A DNA stretch of 64,000 bases from the NCBI RefSeq assembly GCF_009914755.1, contig NC_060933.1. One strand, given 5' to 3'. Source of the DNA: the human T2T-CHM13v2.0 reference genome, Homo sapiens. Positions 1-13,353 of the stretch are shown piece by piece. Each line of letters opens with the position of its first letter. Position 1 is the stretch's first letter. The position numbers and the translations under genes were made by a program. A model generated the notes under the pieces. That model was not told the origin of the DNA and made no database searches. It saw nothing but the letters and a program-made list of their open reading frames with translations.

Positions 1-329
1 TCCCCTGTCTATGAGATTTGCTCTGTACTTGCTGGAGTTCCATCCTGAATATATCATTTTCATTTTACATAAAGTTGTGCTGTGCCTGCTGAATCTTATG
101 ATTTGGTGGATATAACGATACCAAGCTCATGATGGGGAGCTCTAAGCGCAGAGTCATTTGTGGCTGTTTTTCAACACAGTGGCTGTTTTCTGAGTGAAGA
201 GTTCTTTGCTAAAGGCCTTGCTCTGGAGCCCTTGGGGCATGTGCTGAACTTTCCTGCTGAGGCTTGTCAGAGACTCCCTGGCACGTCTTATCCACTAGGG
301 ATGCCTTCATCAACACTGCACATGGCCTG

Positions 330-1330
330 TGTGTGTGGCAGTTTGTACCAGTCTGGATTTGCTTTAGATTCTTCCCTGGTTCTGGCCACATTTGAAACTG
401 CCAGACTTGTAAGTCACCAAATGTAACCAACACTCTGAGTGCCTGTCCCATACATACTTGGTGTGACTACCCCACCACACATAAATAGCTGCTTATTGTG
501 AGTACCTGTGGCTCTCTGCAGGAGGGCTTTTTACTGGCTGGGGGAGCATTTGTAGCTCCTGCACCATGAACTCCAGCATTAATGTCCCTAGAAGCAGCCC
601 ACAAGCAATTGCAGATGGGTTCTTTCCTCCTTCGGGATAATTCTGAGGTGTGTTCTACACTGTCTTCCAGAATTCTCCAGTGGGATTAAGCCTCAGCTGT
701 CCACAATGGTAATCTGCTTAATAACACACCCCTTATTGGATTTCTTCCCTTTCCTATCTCACATCCTAGGATCCTCTTTCTTTCTTTTCTTTTTTTTTAG
801 TTGATCCTGGTTTTTTTTTTAAGCAAATGAGACCATGCCAGACACACTACTCTGCACATTGATTATTTCACTTAACAGTATTTCTTGGATATCTTTCAAA
901 GTCATACTTAAGAAGCTGTCATATTTTTTTCCTGTTTCTACTTTTATTTTAGGTTCAGGGAATACATGTGCAGGTTTGTTACATAGGTAAATTGCGTGTT
1001 GCTGAGGTTTGGTGTACAAATTAATGCTGACATTAGTGCTGGTTTTCCCAGTGCAGAGGCTATGGATGCTCCCCCAGCTAGGACACCATCACCAAGCTAA
1101 TAAGCACAGTTCCCGATACGTAGCCTTCCAACCCAGCTGCCTCCCAGCCTCCCACCTCAAGCAGTTCTTGGTGTCTACTGTTCCCATCTTTGTGTCCATG
1201 TGTATTCAATGTTTAGCTCCCACTTAAAAGTTGAGAATATGTGGTATTTGGTTTTCAGTTCCTGCGTATACACTACTGGTACTCATATCCTGCTCTCAGA
1301 CTCTGCTACTGGGGAACCTAACCTAAGACA
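330..1330 (+). mobile_element. ERVL solo LTR (LTR16-like), interrupted by L1 fragments
   Basis: 'acaccccttattggatttcttccctttcctatctcac' (~725-762) and the 3' terminus 'gctctcagactctgctactggggaacctaacctaagaca' (~1292-1330) resemble LTR16-family consensus as recalled. The 5' boundary is uncertain. Confidence 0.55.
925..1267 (-). mobile_element. L1 3' end fragment (L1PA15/16- or L1PB-like)
   Basis: 'ttttattttaggttcagggaatacatgtgcaggtttgttacataggtaaattgcgtg' ... 'gtttagctcccacttaaaagttgagaatatgtggtatttggtttt' is the reverse complement of a primate L1 3' UTR. Confidence 0.85.
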
Positions 1331-2292
1331 TCCAATAAATGAATAAAAGCAGTATTCCTATGTGCAGTAAGTGCTGCCTTCACAATCCACGGAGGCCCAG
1401 ATAACACTATGCCTCTTTCTTACTGGTAGAATGTGCAAGCTATAGCAACTAACTCTTTACCTTAGAAGAGATATCCCAGCATAACTCAGACTACTGTATC
1501 TCTTAAAAACTTCATTGATATGGCATGTCTCCAAGACTACCCTACTCTAATCTAGCACATAGGTGATTTCTAGGGCATCTTGCTCCATTGGTCCAATGAA
1601 CACACTGTCATTAATGTAGTGGACCAGCATAAGGTTTGGTGGAATGTCAAGAAGATCAAGGTCCCTGCAGACTCAATTACGATGGAGAACATGAGTTCAC
1701 ATAGCCCTGTGGCAAGATAGTAAATGTGTACTCTTCTGCCATGTAAGGCTAAGGCAGCTCAGCTGTCTTTGATTCTGCTCATTGTTGTGAATTGAAAATA
1801 CTCCCCACATTGGAAGTCACATACCAAGTGCCAGAAGCTGTGTTGCCCTCTCTAGAGAAAATACAACATTTACCAGAGCAGCTGTGATTGAGAGAACTAC
1901 CTGGGTTCCTTTGCAGTAATTCCCCACGATCTGCCACAATTCATCTGGTTTGCAGAGAGCTCAGTTGAGCTGAACAGGGATATGATGAGGGTATGGTTGT
2001 GAGATATTACTTCTCATTTTATTATCTGAGTTGGGCAGGGCAAGTAGTTTCAGGTACTTCTAGCTGGCCTTTCCTACCATAATGGCTCTTAATCCACAAA
2101 TCACAACACAAATGTGAGCTGCTAAATATTCCTATTCCAATTATACCCTTATGGCTTGGGAAAATAACCCATTTGTAATAAATGTGAGATGAAATTAGGA
2201 TATATAGTCATTTAACACTGGACCTCCAAAACCTCCTCCTACTCTGACCAGAGCACAATAGCATTTTAGTTTTCCATTACTAGTGTTAGCTC

Positions 2293-2342
2293 AGACTCTG
2301 TATTTAAAGTCTCTGTATTTAAAGACTCTGCCATTAAAGTCT
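2293..2342. repeat. 15-bp tandem repeat, ~3 copies
   Basis: agactctgtatttaa / agtctctgtatttaa / agactctgccattaa / agtct. Confidence 0.85.
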
Positions 2343-2515
2343 GGGTTCTTCCTTTCCTCAGTATACAGTTATCATGGCAAATGACTGCAAATCCCTTGGA
2401 TAAAATATTAGAGGAATATTGACCATTATATTTGTAGCTACACTGAAAGATCCTTCCTTATGAGGGCCTGCTCTCTCCTATAATCAGTGGGTTCTGAATC
2501 TGTAAACTGGATTAG

Positions 2516-2891
<376 letters not shown>

Positions 2892-3575
2892 TCTCTCTGC
2901 TTTAATCATACAAGGTGAGCAACACTATAGTCAGCCACCTATCTCAGTCCTAGGCATACCATAATCTAGTAGCCATTGGGTCACAACCCCTGATGACCAC
3001 CTGGTCCCTGCCTCTCCAGAGTCCCCCATCCCCCAGTGTCAATGGGGATGGTGCGACTCTGGACACTTGTATGAGTTCATGGAAAGAAATCCTCCTCTCT
3101 TCTGGCAAGAGAGAGAGGGCTGCTTCTGCCATCCCAGAGGGTTAAGGGTACCCTGAGAAGTCAGGATTCCAGGGTTTTCTGTTTAAATCATGGGCTAACT
3201 GTGTCTTAACCAAGGTATACAATAATCATCATAAATAATTGCACTACTCGGGACCCATAGGCTAGACATATGAGGCTACTATGAGTGTTTCAAAGTCATG
3301 GATCCAGTTGTTTGAAGAGCTATAAGTGCCTCAAATGAGAATTGGAGGGAAATGTTTTTAACTTCTCATTTTTCTGAGATTTAACCACTGTCTCCATCCT
3401 AGTTCTGTAGGCTCATCCTCTCTCTCAATACTCACAGCTGTCTGTGGCCACCATCACCACTATGCCATGATGTCCTTAGATGTGAGGATATGACTAAACA
3501 TGGACAAATCTCTTCCCTGTGGTTCAATAAGATAGATGTATAGTTTTCCTAATGGCAATCAGATTTTTAGAGGAC

Positions 3576-3800
3576 TGAGATAGTTTGATTATTTGTCCCC
3601 TCCAAATCTCATGTTGGGATTTGATTCCTGATGTTGGAGGTAGGGCCTGATGAGACGTGTTTGGGTTATAGGAGTGGATCCCTCATGAATGGCTTGGTGT
3701 GTTCCTCAAAGTAATAAGTGAGTTCTCACTCTGTTAGTTCCTATGAGAACTGATTGTTAAAAAGAGCTGAGCACCTCCCTCCCCTGTCTCTCTTGCTTCC
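3576..3800 (+). mobile_element. MaLR LTR fragment (MSTB/MSTC-like, 5' part)
   Basis: 'tagtttgattatttgtcccctccaaatctcatgttg...ggatccctcatgaatggcttgg...gtgagttctcactct' is MST-type LTR sequence. Confidence 0.85.
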
Positions 3801-3814
3801 TAAGATAAGGGCCT

Positions 3815-3990
3815 TCTACATACCAGGTACCATGCTCTGATTTTACCTATGTTATTTCATTTTCTCCTTCCAAAATCTTGTTGGATAATTACTTTTGTTC
3901 TTATTTTGTAGATGAGGACAGGAAAACTCACAGAGTTTTAATTATTTGCCTAAAGTCACATAGCTAGTCATGAAGAGCCAGGATTTGATC
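3815..3990 (-). mobile_element. MIR SINE
   Basis: 'attttgtagatgaggacaggaaaactcacagag...tttgcctaaagtcacatagctagt...gagccaggatttga' is the reversed MIR core. Confidence 0.8.
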
Positions 3991-4469
3991 TCTTCAGCTT
4001 TATATATTTCTTCCACTATCTCAAGGCTTAAAACATAAAAATAATATTCTCATGCATGTAAGCATATGTGTCACTACATTGAAAGTCCTTTTCCAGCTCT
4101 ACTATTATTTAGCTATGTGAGCTTCTGAATACCTCAGCTACCTTATCTAACGAAAGCAAAGCAAAACAAAAAAAAGCCCAGAAAGTGTGGGTTCTGAGGC
4201 TTTGTAACATTCCCTCTGATCTTGAGTTGTTATACTGCTGGACTCTATAACTTCCTAAGGGAAGCAATCATGGTGAGCAGCAAGCACAGGTATCAGGCTG
4301 GAACATGGTCATGCAACAGTGATGGCCTTGCTTTTAATGTTTGAGATCTCGGCTTCAATCCTGAACTTTTCTTTGGGATTTGTTTTGTTGGAGCTTCATC
4401 ACAGTGTATTCTGAGTATCTTTTTTCCCCTTATGAGAGGCAAGATAATACACAGTTTAAAGATATAAGT

Positions 4470-4685
4470 TTTATAGTCAAACAGGATGGGATTCCATCAC
4501 TGGCTCTTTCATTTGTTAGTTGTCTAAGTTTGGACACATTAATCTCTTGCTTTCCTCATCTGTTAAAGAAGAAAGGAGATCAGTACTTCCTTTATAACCT
4601 AATATAAAAATTACATGAACTAATATCTGTGAAACACCTACCACAGTTCTGGCACACAGAATGATAAATAGTAGCCATTATTGTA
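4470..4685 (+). mobile_element. MIR SINE
   Basis: 'tttcctcatctgttaaa' core plus 3' 'atctgtgaaacacctaccacagttctggcacacag'. Confidence 0.7.
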
Positions 4686-5009
4686 TTTGTCATTATTATT
4701 ACTGACTTTGGGAATGTGGGAGTTAAGAGGCCAGCCTTTTAACAGACACCTTCCACTTGGGGTCACTCATAGAAGTCACAAAGGGACTATATAAATCAGT
4801 ATTATCTACATGGGGATTGAAAATTAAGGATGATTTTGACATTACTAAAACGTGGAAGAATTTTTGCTGATACACTAGGTGTGACATTTCTATTGCTCAG
4901 AAACAGAAGTCTTCTTGGGAAGTAAGCAAAAGGATCCTGGCAGAATTCTAACATTTCCTAATTTGGAGAGCTGAGGGCAGATCATTCAGCTAATGGCAAA
5001 GACTCAATG

Positions 5010-5171
5010 CTTGAATTCTCTTTCCGTGGTGAAAACAGCAGTCTTTAAAAGCAGCAGCACTGGTAGACCCCAGAATGTGTGAACCAAATTCTCTTGAATT
5101 CTCTTTCCTTGGTGAAAAAACAGCAGTCTTTAAAAGCAGCAGCACTGGTAGACCCCAGAATGTGTGAACCA
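5010..5171. repeat. ~78-bp tandem duplication with 6-bp junction insert
   Basis: 5010-5086 and 5093-5171 are identical except one substitution and a 2-A length difference. Confidence 0.97.
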
Positions 5172-5582
5172 GACTCAGCAGACAGCAGGCAGTATGAATG
5201 AGCTGGCCCCGCTGTGGGGGCCATAGAACTAAGAAGGACACCGAGGTCAACCATGGTTTGGGTCTGGGGGGCAGCCAGAACAACATGAAATATTGTTATA
5301 TTAACACATACCAAGGTGCATGGTCCAGAGATTAATATGCATTCTTGAATAAGAGAATGGAATATAGAAACAACAAAGACATAATAGAAAAACAAAACCT
5401 TCCCTAAAATGAAGAAACGATTAAATCCAAACAAAATGTTGCCACATGCAAAGGCAAAAAAAGGTTTTCTCTGTATCAGAAGACATCTCCAGATACGATG
5501 CAAAATCATTTTCGCAGACAGACACTCCATCTATCTGAGCTATCATAACATTTCAAGAATGATATCGCAGTACAAAACACCA

Positions 5583-5916
<334 letters not shown>

Positions 5917-6399
5917 TTAAAAATAGAATACATATGAATAACTGAAAATATGTAAAATAATATAAAATTTTAAAAGAACAAAGGAAAAGATATATGATAT
6001 AAATAATAATTCTGAAAAAAATATGTATTAGGTTTGAAATCACATGGTACATCAATAATAGCCAGGACATAAAAGAAGAGGATGAGAAAAAGTAAAAGCA
6101 GGCTAATTTCTTCATTTTACATACAGGGAAATGATAGGTTTTTTTTTTTTTCCTTGAATAGGTAATGGACTGTGAACAGTAGAAAAACAAAGAGTTTTTA
6201 TATCTTATAAACTTCTCTAGAAAAAGAAACATAGTCCATATCGCAAAAGAAAGATAAGGTGATAGCAGGGAAGCATAAAAATAAAACATCAGTACAACTA
6301 TTGTATATATCAGTTAAAAAAAACACAAAACCCCTCAAAAGCAAACCAAAACATTGAGCAATGTGATACAAATTTGGGTCAAAATAAAATCTACTGGAA

Positions 6400-6784
6400 A
6401 GCTATGGTTTGAATGTCTGTCTCCTCCAAAACTCATGTTAAATTTAATCCCCAGTGTGGCAGTATTGAGAGGTGGCTTCTTTAAGAGGTAATTGGATCAT
6501 GAGGGCTCTGCCCTTATGAATGGATTAGTCATAGATTAATGAATTGATTGGTTATTTTGGAAGGGGAACTATTGGCTTTATAAGAAGAGGAAGAGAGACC
6601 TGAGCTAGCATGTGAGCACGCTCAGCCTCCGGCCATGTGACCAGTAAGAAGGCCCTCACCAGAAGTGGCCCCTTGACCTTGGACTTATCAGCCTCTGTAA
6701 ATGTAAGAAATAAATTATTTTTTTACAAATAAATTACCCAGTTTTAGGCATTCTGTTGAAAGCAACAGAAAATGGACTAAGACA
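6400..6784 (+). mobile_element. MaLR solo LTR (MSTD-like)
   Basis: Begins 'gctatggtttgaatgtctgtctcctccaaaactcatgtt' and ends 'agcaacagaaaatggactaagaca'. Flanks look like a decayed old L1. Confidence 0.9.
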
Positions 6785-6867
6785 TACATGCTATCTATAA
6801 GTGACCTAGAACTAAGAACAAAACCAAAAAGGATAGTCAAATAATAGAAGAGTGCAGCAGTAACAAT

Positions 6868-7422
6868 GTGGCGGAATGCAATTTGCTACCTACTATCCAG
6901 TCTCCCTTTCACCTGTAATAAGGGAGTTCTGATTTCCTTGGGAATAGAGTGGCGAGGTGTGCAGATTAAAAGCCTTATTTCTTACCCTCCCTTGCAGATG
7001 GGGTGACCATGTGATATAGTTCTCACCAAGGAGATAGAGTAGAAGTTTTTGGGTAGGGCTTCCTAAAAGCTGCTTGACTGCATAGTATTCCATGGTGTAT
7101 AAAAAAGGATGAGTTCATGTCCTTTGTAGGGACATGGATGAAGCTGGAAACCATCATTCGCAGCAAACTATCGCAAGAACAAAAAACCAAACACCGCACG
7201 TTCTCACTCATAGGTGGGAATTAAACAGTGAGAATACCTGGACACAGAAAGGGGAACATCACACACTGGGGCCTGTTGTGGGGTGGGGGAAGAGGGGAGG
7301 GAAAGCATTAGGAGACATACCTAATGTAAATGACGAGTTAATGGGTACAGCACACCAACATGGCACATGTATACATATGTAACAAACCTGCCCGTTGTGC
7401 ACATGTACCCTAGAACTTAAAG

Positions 7423-7466
<44 letters not shown>

Positions 7467-7720
7467 GCTGCTTGAGAGGGAGTACACTCAGCTGTGTCTA
7501 CCCTTTTGCCCTTTGAGCTTCTGTCTTGGACTGCGAAAGATAAAAGGCCATAGGGAAAGATAAAAAAGTTCCAGAGACCGAGATACTGACATTCTTAAGC
7601 CACTGAATTGAAGTCAACCACAACTTATTTCTGGACTTATTATATGGGAGAAATAAGCATCCACTTGGTTAAGTCACTATTTATTATTTGGGTTTGCAGT
7701 CAAAAGAAAATTCTAAACAT
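6868..7720 (+). mobile_element. MLT1 (J/K-like) LTR split by an L1PA insertion
   Basis: 'cctcccttgcagatggggtgaccatgtgatatagttct' before the L1, and 'ctggacttattatatgggagaaataagcatccacttggttaagtcact' after it. Confidence 0.65.
7078..7462 (+). mobile_element. 5'-truncated, 5'-inverted L1PA (L1PA4/5-like) with (TAA)n tail
   Basis: Classic L1PA 3' UTR at 7101-7425, (TAA)n tail, perfect 13-bp TSD aaaagctgcttga at 7065-7077 and 7463-7475. 7078-7100 is inverted L1 sequence. Confidence 0.97.
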
Positions 7721-7820
7721 CAAAATAATAAACAGGACAAAGGCTAATTTATATCTATACACATATAATCCATAATGTAGATTGAACAATTGTGAATCTT
7801 TATGTATGTAATCATGTGGG

Positions 7821-8189
7821 TGCTGTGGTCTGAATGTTTGTGTCTCTCCAAAATTCATATGTTTAAATCCTAATTACCAAGTTTATAGTATTAGGAGTGG
7901 GGCCTTTGGAAGGTGATTAGCCCTTTTCGAGGGCTCTGCCCTCATAAGTGGGATTAGTGCCCTATGACAAAGGCCTGAGAGATCACTCTTGCCCCTTCTG
8001 CCATATGAGGTTATAGCAAAAAGACTACTGTCTATGAACCAGGAAGTGGGCCCTTAATAGACAACAAATCTGCCAGCACCTTGATCTTAGACTTCTTAGC
8101 CTCCAGAACTTTGAGAAATAAATTTCTGTTGTTATCCATAGCCACCCAGTAATGACATTCTGTTATTACAGCCTTAATGGACTAAGACT
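7821..8189 (+). mobile_element. MaLR solo LTR (MLT1A0-like)
   Basis: 'tgctgtggtctgaatgtttgtgtctctccaaaattcatatg' to 'ctccagaactttgagaaataaatttctgttg...aatggactaagac'. Confidence 0.92.
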
Positions 8190-8749
8190 TGGACTAAAAC
8201 CTGTGAAGGAAGAGAGTTGGAAACACAAGAAGAAACTGGTAGGATCATAGTAGGTTTTTAAACACATCTTTGTCTGACAAATCAAATAGCAACAAATAAG
8301 TTTAGGAAAGATTTTTAACAATAAAAAGAAATAATTAATAGGACTGTATTAAATATTAAACCCTACAAGGAGAAAATGCATTTACTTTTTAAGCAGCTAT
8401 TAACCCTACTAGGCCAGGGAGGACCTTACTTAATGTCAAAAATATTTGCATATCCTTTGATCATGAAATTATATCAATAATCTTATGAACTCAAGTGTAT
8501 GGGTGGATGTGGTTGTAAAATTACAAAGTCAGTGTAGAGATCTAGTGTGTAAGGAAACTGGTAGATGGGTTTTTGGAAGGCTGATTGAGTTCAGGCTGGA
8601 AAATGGGGGCATGTTTTGTTTTTCTTCTCTCTCTTCAGTCCTCCCATGCCACTTCCCAAATGCTATCTCATGAGTAGGGGGATTAATAAAAAATGCTTTT
8701 CCCTGGAAATCTCTTATCAGCTATGGTATAGTTATAGATATAGTCTTTT

Positions 8750-9118
<369 letters not shown>

Positions 9119-9524
9119 AAGCTTCCGTACAGTCCTTTCAAGTTTCAAGCTGGTTCCTTGAACAGGTGACATTAGACACCCAGATTTGGTTTATTTGTGA
9201 GCAGAAGCTTTACATCTTGTTTGGTTACATTAGTTGTCAAACAGGAAGCAATTAGAAATGTGCCTGACATGTAGTAACTGCCTACTAAAGGACAGCAATT
9301 ACTATTCATCAGTGCTGTACCTTCCTCTGTCTCTCAAGCGCCTTTCATCCTTAGAATCTGGCTTAGGTCTCTTCCTCTATGACACTGCCCTGGATACTCC
9401 AGCTCAGTCACACTATGGCATCTACAACACACTTAATCATTTATTTGTCTTCTAATTGTTTCCTGGTGTTCATAATATCCCTCATCTTCTACTCCAAGTG
9501 CCTGAAAGTACAGTGCCAAGTAGT

Positions 9525-9885
9525 ATAGCACTGCAGTCATTGCATGGTGTTGGTGGAGACTGCTGAGGTTCAAAACCCTCTTCTTCTACTAACTAGCTGT
9601 ATGATCTAGTGCAAGTTATTTAACATCTCAAGGCCATTAATATATTTCTGCACATAGCTTTGTTTTATATTGGGTTCTTTTCTTCCCAGCAATGGGATTA
9701 CTGGGTCAAAAGATATTGCTTACAGCTGTGTGACTTAGGGAGTTACATACATCTTATGTCTTAGTTTCCTTGCATGTAAAATGGAGATCATAGACTTTCT
9801 CATAGTGTGACTCTGACAATTAGCAGATAATACACATAGTTTCTGGCAAATAGTAGACAGTTGTGTTCATGCTAACTATTATTGT
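9525..9885 (+). mobile_element. Two MIR fragments
   Basis: 'ggttcaaaacc...actaactagctgtatgatctagtgcaagttatttaacatctc' and 'cagctgtgtgacttaggg...tagtttccttgcatgtaaaatggagat'. Confidence 0.7.
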
Positions 9886-10793
9886 TGTCTGATTGAAATT
9901 CTTGTGCTAACATTTCTTTATGCTCAGGTGCTCTGCTGATCAAAGGATCAGAAGGATGTTTGACAGAGGAAAATAAATCAAATTATTCCCTTAACTGCGG
10001 CTTTTGTATTACCTGAGTTTTATAATATTGTCTGCTTTTCTGACCATCCATCTCCATGATTAATTAAAAGATAGCTGAATTTGATATGGTGACAGCTTTT
10101 CACAAGATCTACTAAAAACATGAGCTATAAATGTTGTTTTGGTAATCTGGAAGGGGCAAAAGGAAAAGAGTGAAAGGCCTTAGAAATACAATTCTAAATC
10201 TTTCTTTGCTGCATAAGAAGACCAACTTTCTTCTTGCCTGTATAAACAATTTACTTTTAGAGGAGAACTTATGAAATGTAGACCTGGGATGGGAAGGCAA
10301 GATTCAATTTGTGGGGTCATGCTTGGTGAGAAAAGTGTTCCCAGAAATAATATTTGAAGAAGGATTACATTCTGAACCCCGGTCAATTTCTTACCTGCTG
10401 GCAAAATAAATTATGGTGCTGGGCAAGTTTCAAGCCCATTCAAATGCCAAAGTTGATATCCGATGAGGTTCTATTCAGGGCTTTTTTACACACATTTTCA
10501 ATGGCTGCCAAGACATTTGCCTTTTCACTACATCTCTGTTAAGCACTAAAGCCCATGGCTTGATGTACCGCACAAGCTGCAGAAGGGGCTGGATTCTGAC
10601 AGCTAAGTGTGTCCAGAGATTAATAGAGGCTGAGCTCAGCTGACAAGGGAAAGAGAGACATAGTCCCGTGGCAAGGCACTTAGAAATGACTTTGATTTCC
10701 CTTATGGAGATAAGAAATAACTCTGTCCCTGTTCTAAAAAGAGTAAAGAATAGGGTCAAACAGTTTTGGCTGAGGATTTGGATAAAGGTTTTA

Positions 10794-10890
10794 TGTGTGT
10801 GTGTGTGTGTGTGTGTAATTATAAATGTAATATATAATTATTATTTATAATTACTTATTATGTAATAATAGTATATAATTATATGTGTAC

Positions 10891-10934
<44 letters not shown>
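10794..10934. repeat. (TG)n and (TA)n microsatellites in an AT-rich tract
   Basis: (TG)~11 at 10794-10816; (TA)~20 at 10895-10934. Confidence 0.97.
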
Positions 10935-10935
<1 letters not shown>

Positions 10936-12544
10936 TCTAAATATGCTTATACATATACCCACAAACATAAACACACATTCACACACATTTATTTTCTCCC
11001 TCTCTGTTTTTGGTCATTTAAAATAAAGGAAAAAAAAGATTGAGTTTAGATTAAAAAATTAGTTGGTAACATTTATTGCTAAGTAGTGAACTCTGAATCT
11101 GAATCTACCAAAGATTACAAGCCTGATTGATTCACAGCACTAATTTAAGCATCTGAAAGCACTGAATGCTGTTGTCCACTGTGTGATCGATACAGATCCT
11201 GTCTGTCATCAACATTCTTTACAAGAAGATTAATTAAAGTAAATAAAATGGAATCAGGATGGAAAGACTAGATTACATTGGAAAACAATGCATATATCAT
11301 AGATATCATTAGAGGACTAGGAAAGAGTTGATCAAATAGATAAGCAAAAGAAATGCCTGCAGCATATCCAACCACAACACAAAATCACCCAAATGATATG
11401 GCTTCACTTACTGCTGGATTTGGTCTTAGTAGAGAAGGTAGATTTATGGTTAGTAATTTGTGTCCTTCAAAATTTTGAGGCAGGAGGCCGATGAAAATAT
11501 AGTGTGCTCAGCAAAACCTCTCTACAGCTGACTGCTGGACAGAAACTCAAGTTTCTTGAAAACTCATGGAAAAACCATTCAAAATCCTAACTCCTGGACC
11601 CTTATTATGATTGTGGGGAAAATAACTTTTAAAACCTGATATGTTCACTTATGCACAAAGGTATATTTTTACAGTATAGCAAAAAAGGTAAATTAGGAAT
11701 ATTCTTATATTCCAAATGACCTGGTATTATTTTATTTTGTCATAAATTGCATGTATCCTGATGTGATTGAAACCCTACCAGGGTTTGAAGTTATAACCGC
11801 AGCTAATGTATTTGAAAAAATAAAAAGCTTTTTGTCAGTATGATTTCTGCTTCAAACTGTGCAAGATACACTTATTCTCCAAGATAGAAGCACCCCCCAA
11901 CTTTTTTTTTTTTTAACAAAAACATTAAAAGACTAAGCAGGAAATAACGCACACTCATGGAGACATTTTAGCCAAAAAAGAATAATTGAATGCAAGTGAG
12001 AAAGGGAATATATTTTAAATTAAAGAATTTTGACAGGCCAGTGAAAGAACAAAGGGCTGTATTCTACATTACTTATTTTCTCAGGGGTTCCAGACTCTCA
12101 TAGACTTCGATGGGAGGGCTACTCACAGGAGGGAGGCTTGGAGCTGAAGAAATGTGGATCAAAGCAATCAGCTTAAAGCATCTCATTCTGCCTTCCATAG
12201 GCCAGATGTTCTGAAAGTTCTACGGCCTTCCACAGTCATGCCTGCCTTTCCCGAAATGGCAGTTGCAAGACAGGTAAAATCCTCCCCTGAATCACTGGGT
12301 TTCCCTTAAGATATTTAGTCCATTTTTTTCCTATATTTACATCGTGGTTCAATGGGGGATCAATGGGTTGAGTAGCGACAATGACCTTTTGGTTGATGGA
12401 AAAGAAGGGAGCAACATAAAAATGACTGTTTCTTGGGTGAATAGCATAAAGAAGGCATTTCTTACCTAGGACAAGGCGTGGTCTTGGCCTCTCTGTGCTT
12501 ACAACATGAGCCACAGAATGGATGTGATGTTGAAGAAAGAACAT

Positions 12545-13020
12545 AAGCTTTCATCAGTTCTGGGTTCAAATCCAGTCTTGCCAGTTGTCAGCCTTGCCAT
12601 CTTGTCAAACAAGATGATCTTTGACAAGCCTCCTACTCGCTCTGAGTCTCAATTTTTTTTCACTTAAGGTGGCACTAATAATACCCACCCTAGGAAGTTT
12701 GGGTGAGGATTAATGATAAAAAGCATATGTGAGGGAAAAGCAGAGTGTCGGGTCCTTAATAGTTATTTAATTAAATATACATCAGTTTTTCTCAAGAGTT
12801 CAGTCTCTAGCTTCTGAACTGGATTCGCTTTCTCATTCCACCACTTTCTCTGGGCTGTGTGACATTGGTCAAGCTCTTTTATCTTTCTGAATAGAATATG
12901 GCTCATTGGTAAAATGCTAACAGGTCCTACCTCAAAGATTTGCTGAAAACAATTAAATAGTTTTTTAAAAAGCATTTAATACAGCTTCTATAATGCAGTA
13001 AGCTCCCCCAAAAATGTTCT
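12545..13020 (+). mobile_element. Two adjacent MIR SINEs
   Basis: 'ctgggttcaaatccagtcttgcc...ctctgagtctcaatttt...aataatacccaccct', then 'gctgtgtgacattggtcaag...gtaaaatgctaacaggtcctacctca'. Confidence 0.7.
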
Positions 13021-13311
13021 CACATATTATGCCCGAGTTCTCTGTTAGTTTGCTTTGCTATTTTTCTTAACCAGTTCCCAAACTCCCAGTTCCTCTAGAG
13101 CATGAATCTTCTTTATTTTTCCATGCATCCTCTTTTCCAGCCTTGATATAGAGAGAGGTTATCAGCTGGGATATGCATTGTAGAGTGACCCCCAACCCCT
13201 ACGTCCACCTTCAGCATTTGAAAGCAACATGAGAATCTACTATGAAATTGGGTGAATTCATATCAATATAATGTTTTAAAATATTTTTTAGATTTCTTAA
13301 TTCTAAGCACA

Positions 13312-13353
13312 TTTCCATGAATACTTTTCCAGGAATACTTTTCCAGGAATACT
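13312..13353. repeat. 14-bp tandem repeat x3
   Basis: tttccatgaatact tttccaggaatact tttccaggaatact. Confidence 0.95.

Noticed and set aside
5045-5530. Longest ORF in the track (161 aa, minus strand) with an internal repeat
   Set aside because: No recognisable domain; the repeated peptide simply reflects the 78-bp DNA duplication; composition is typical of T-rich non-coding sequence.
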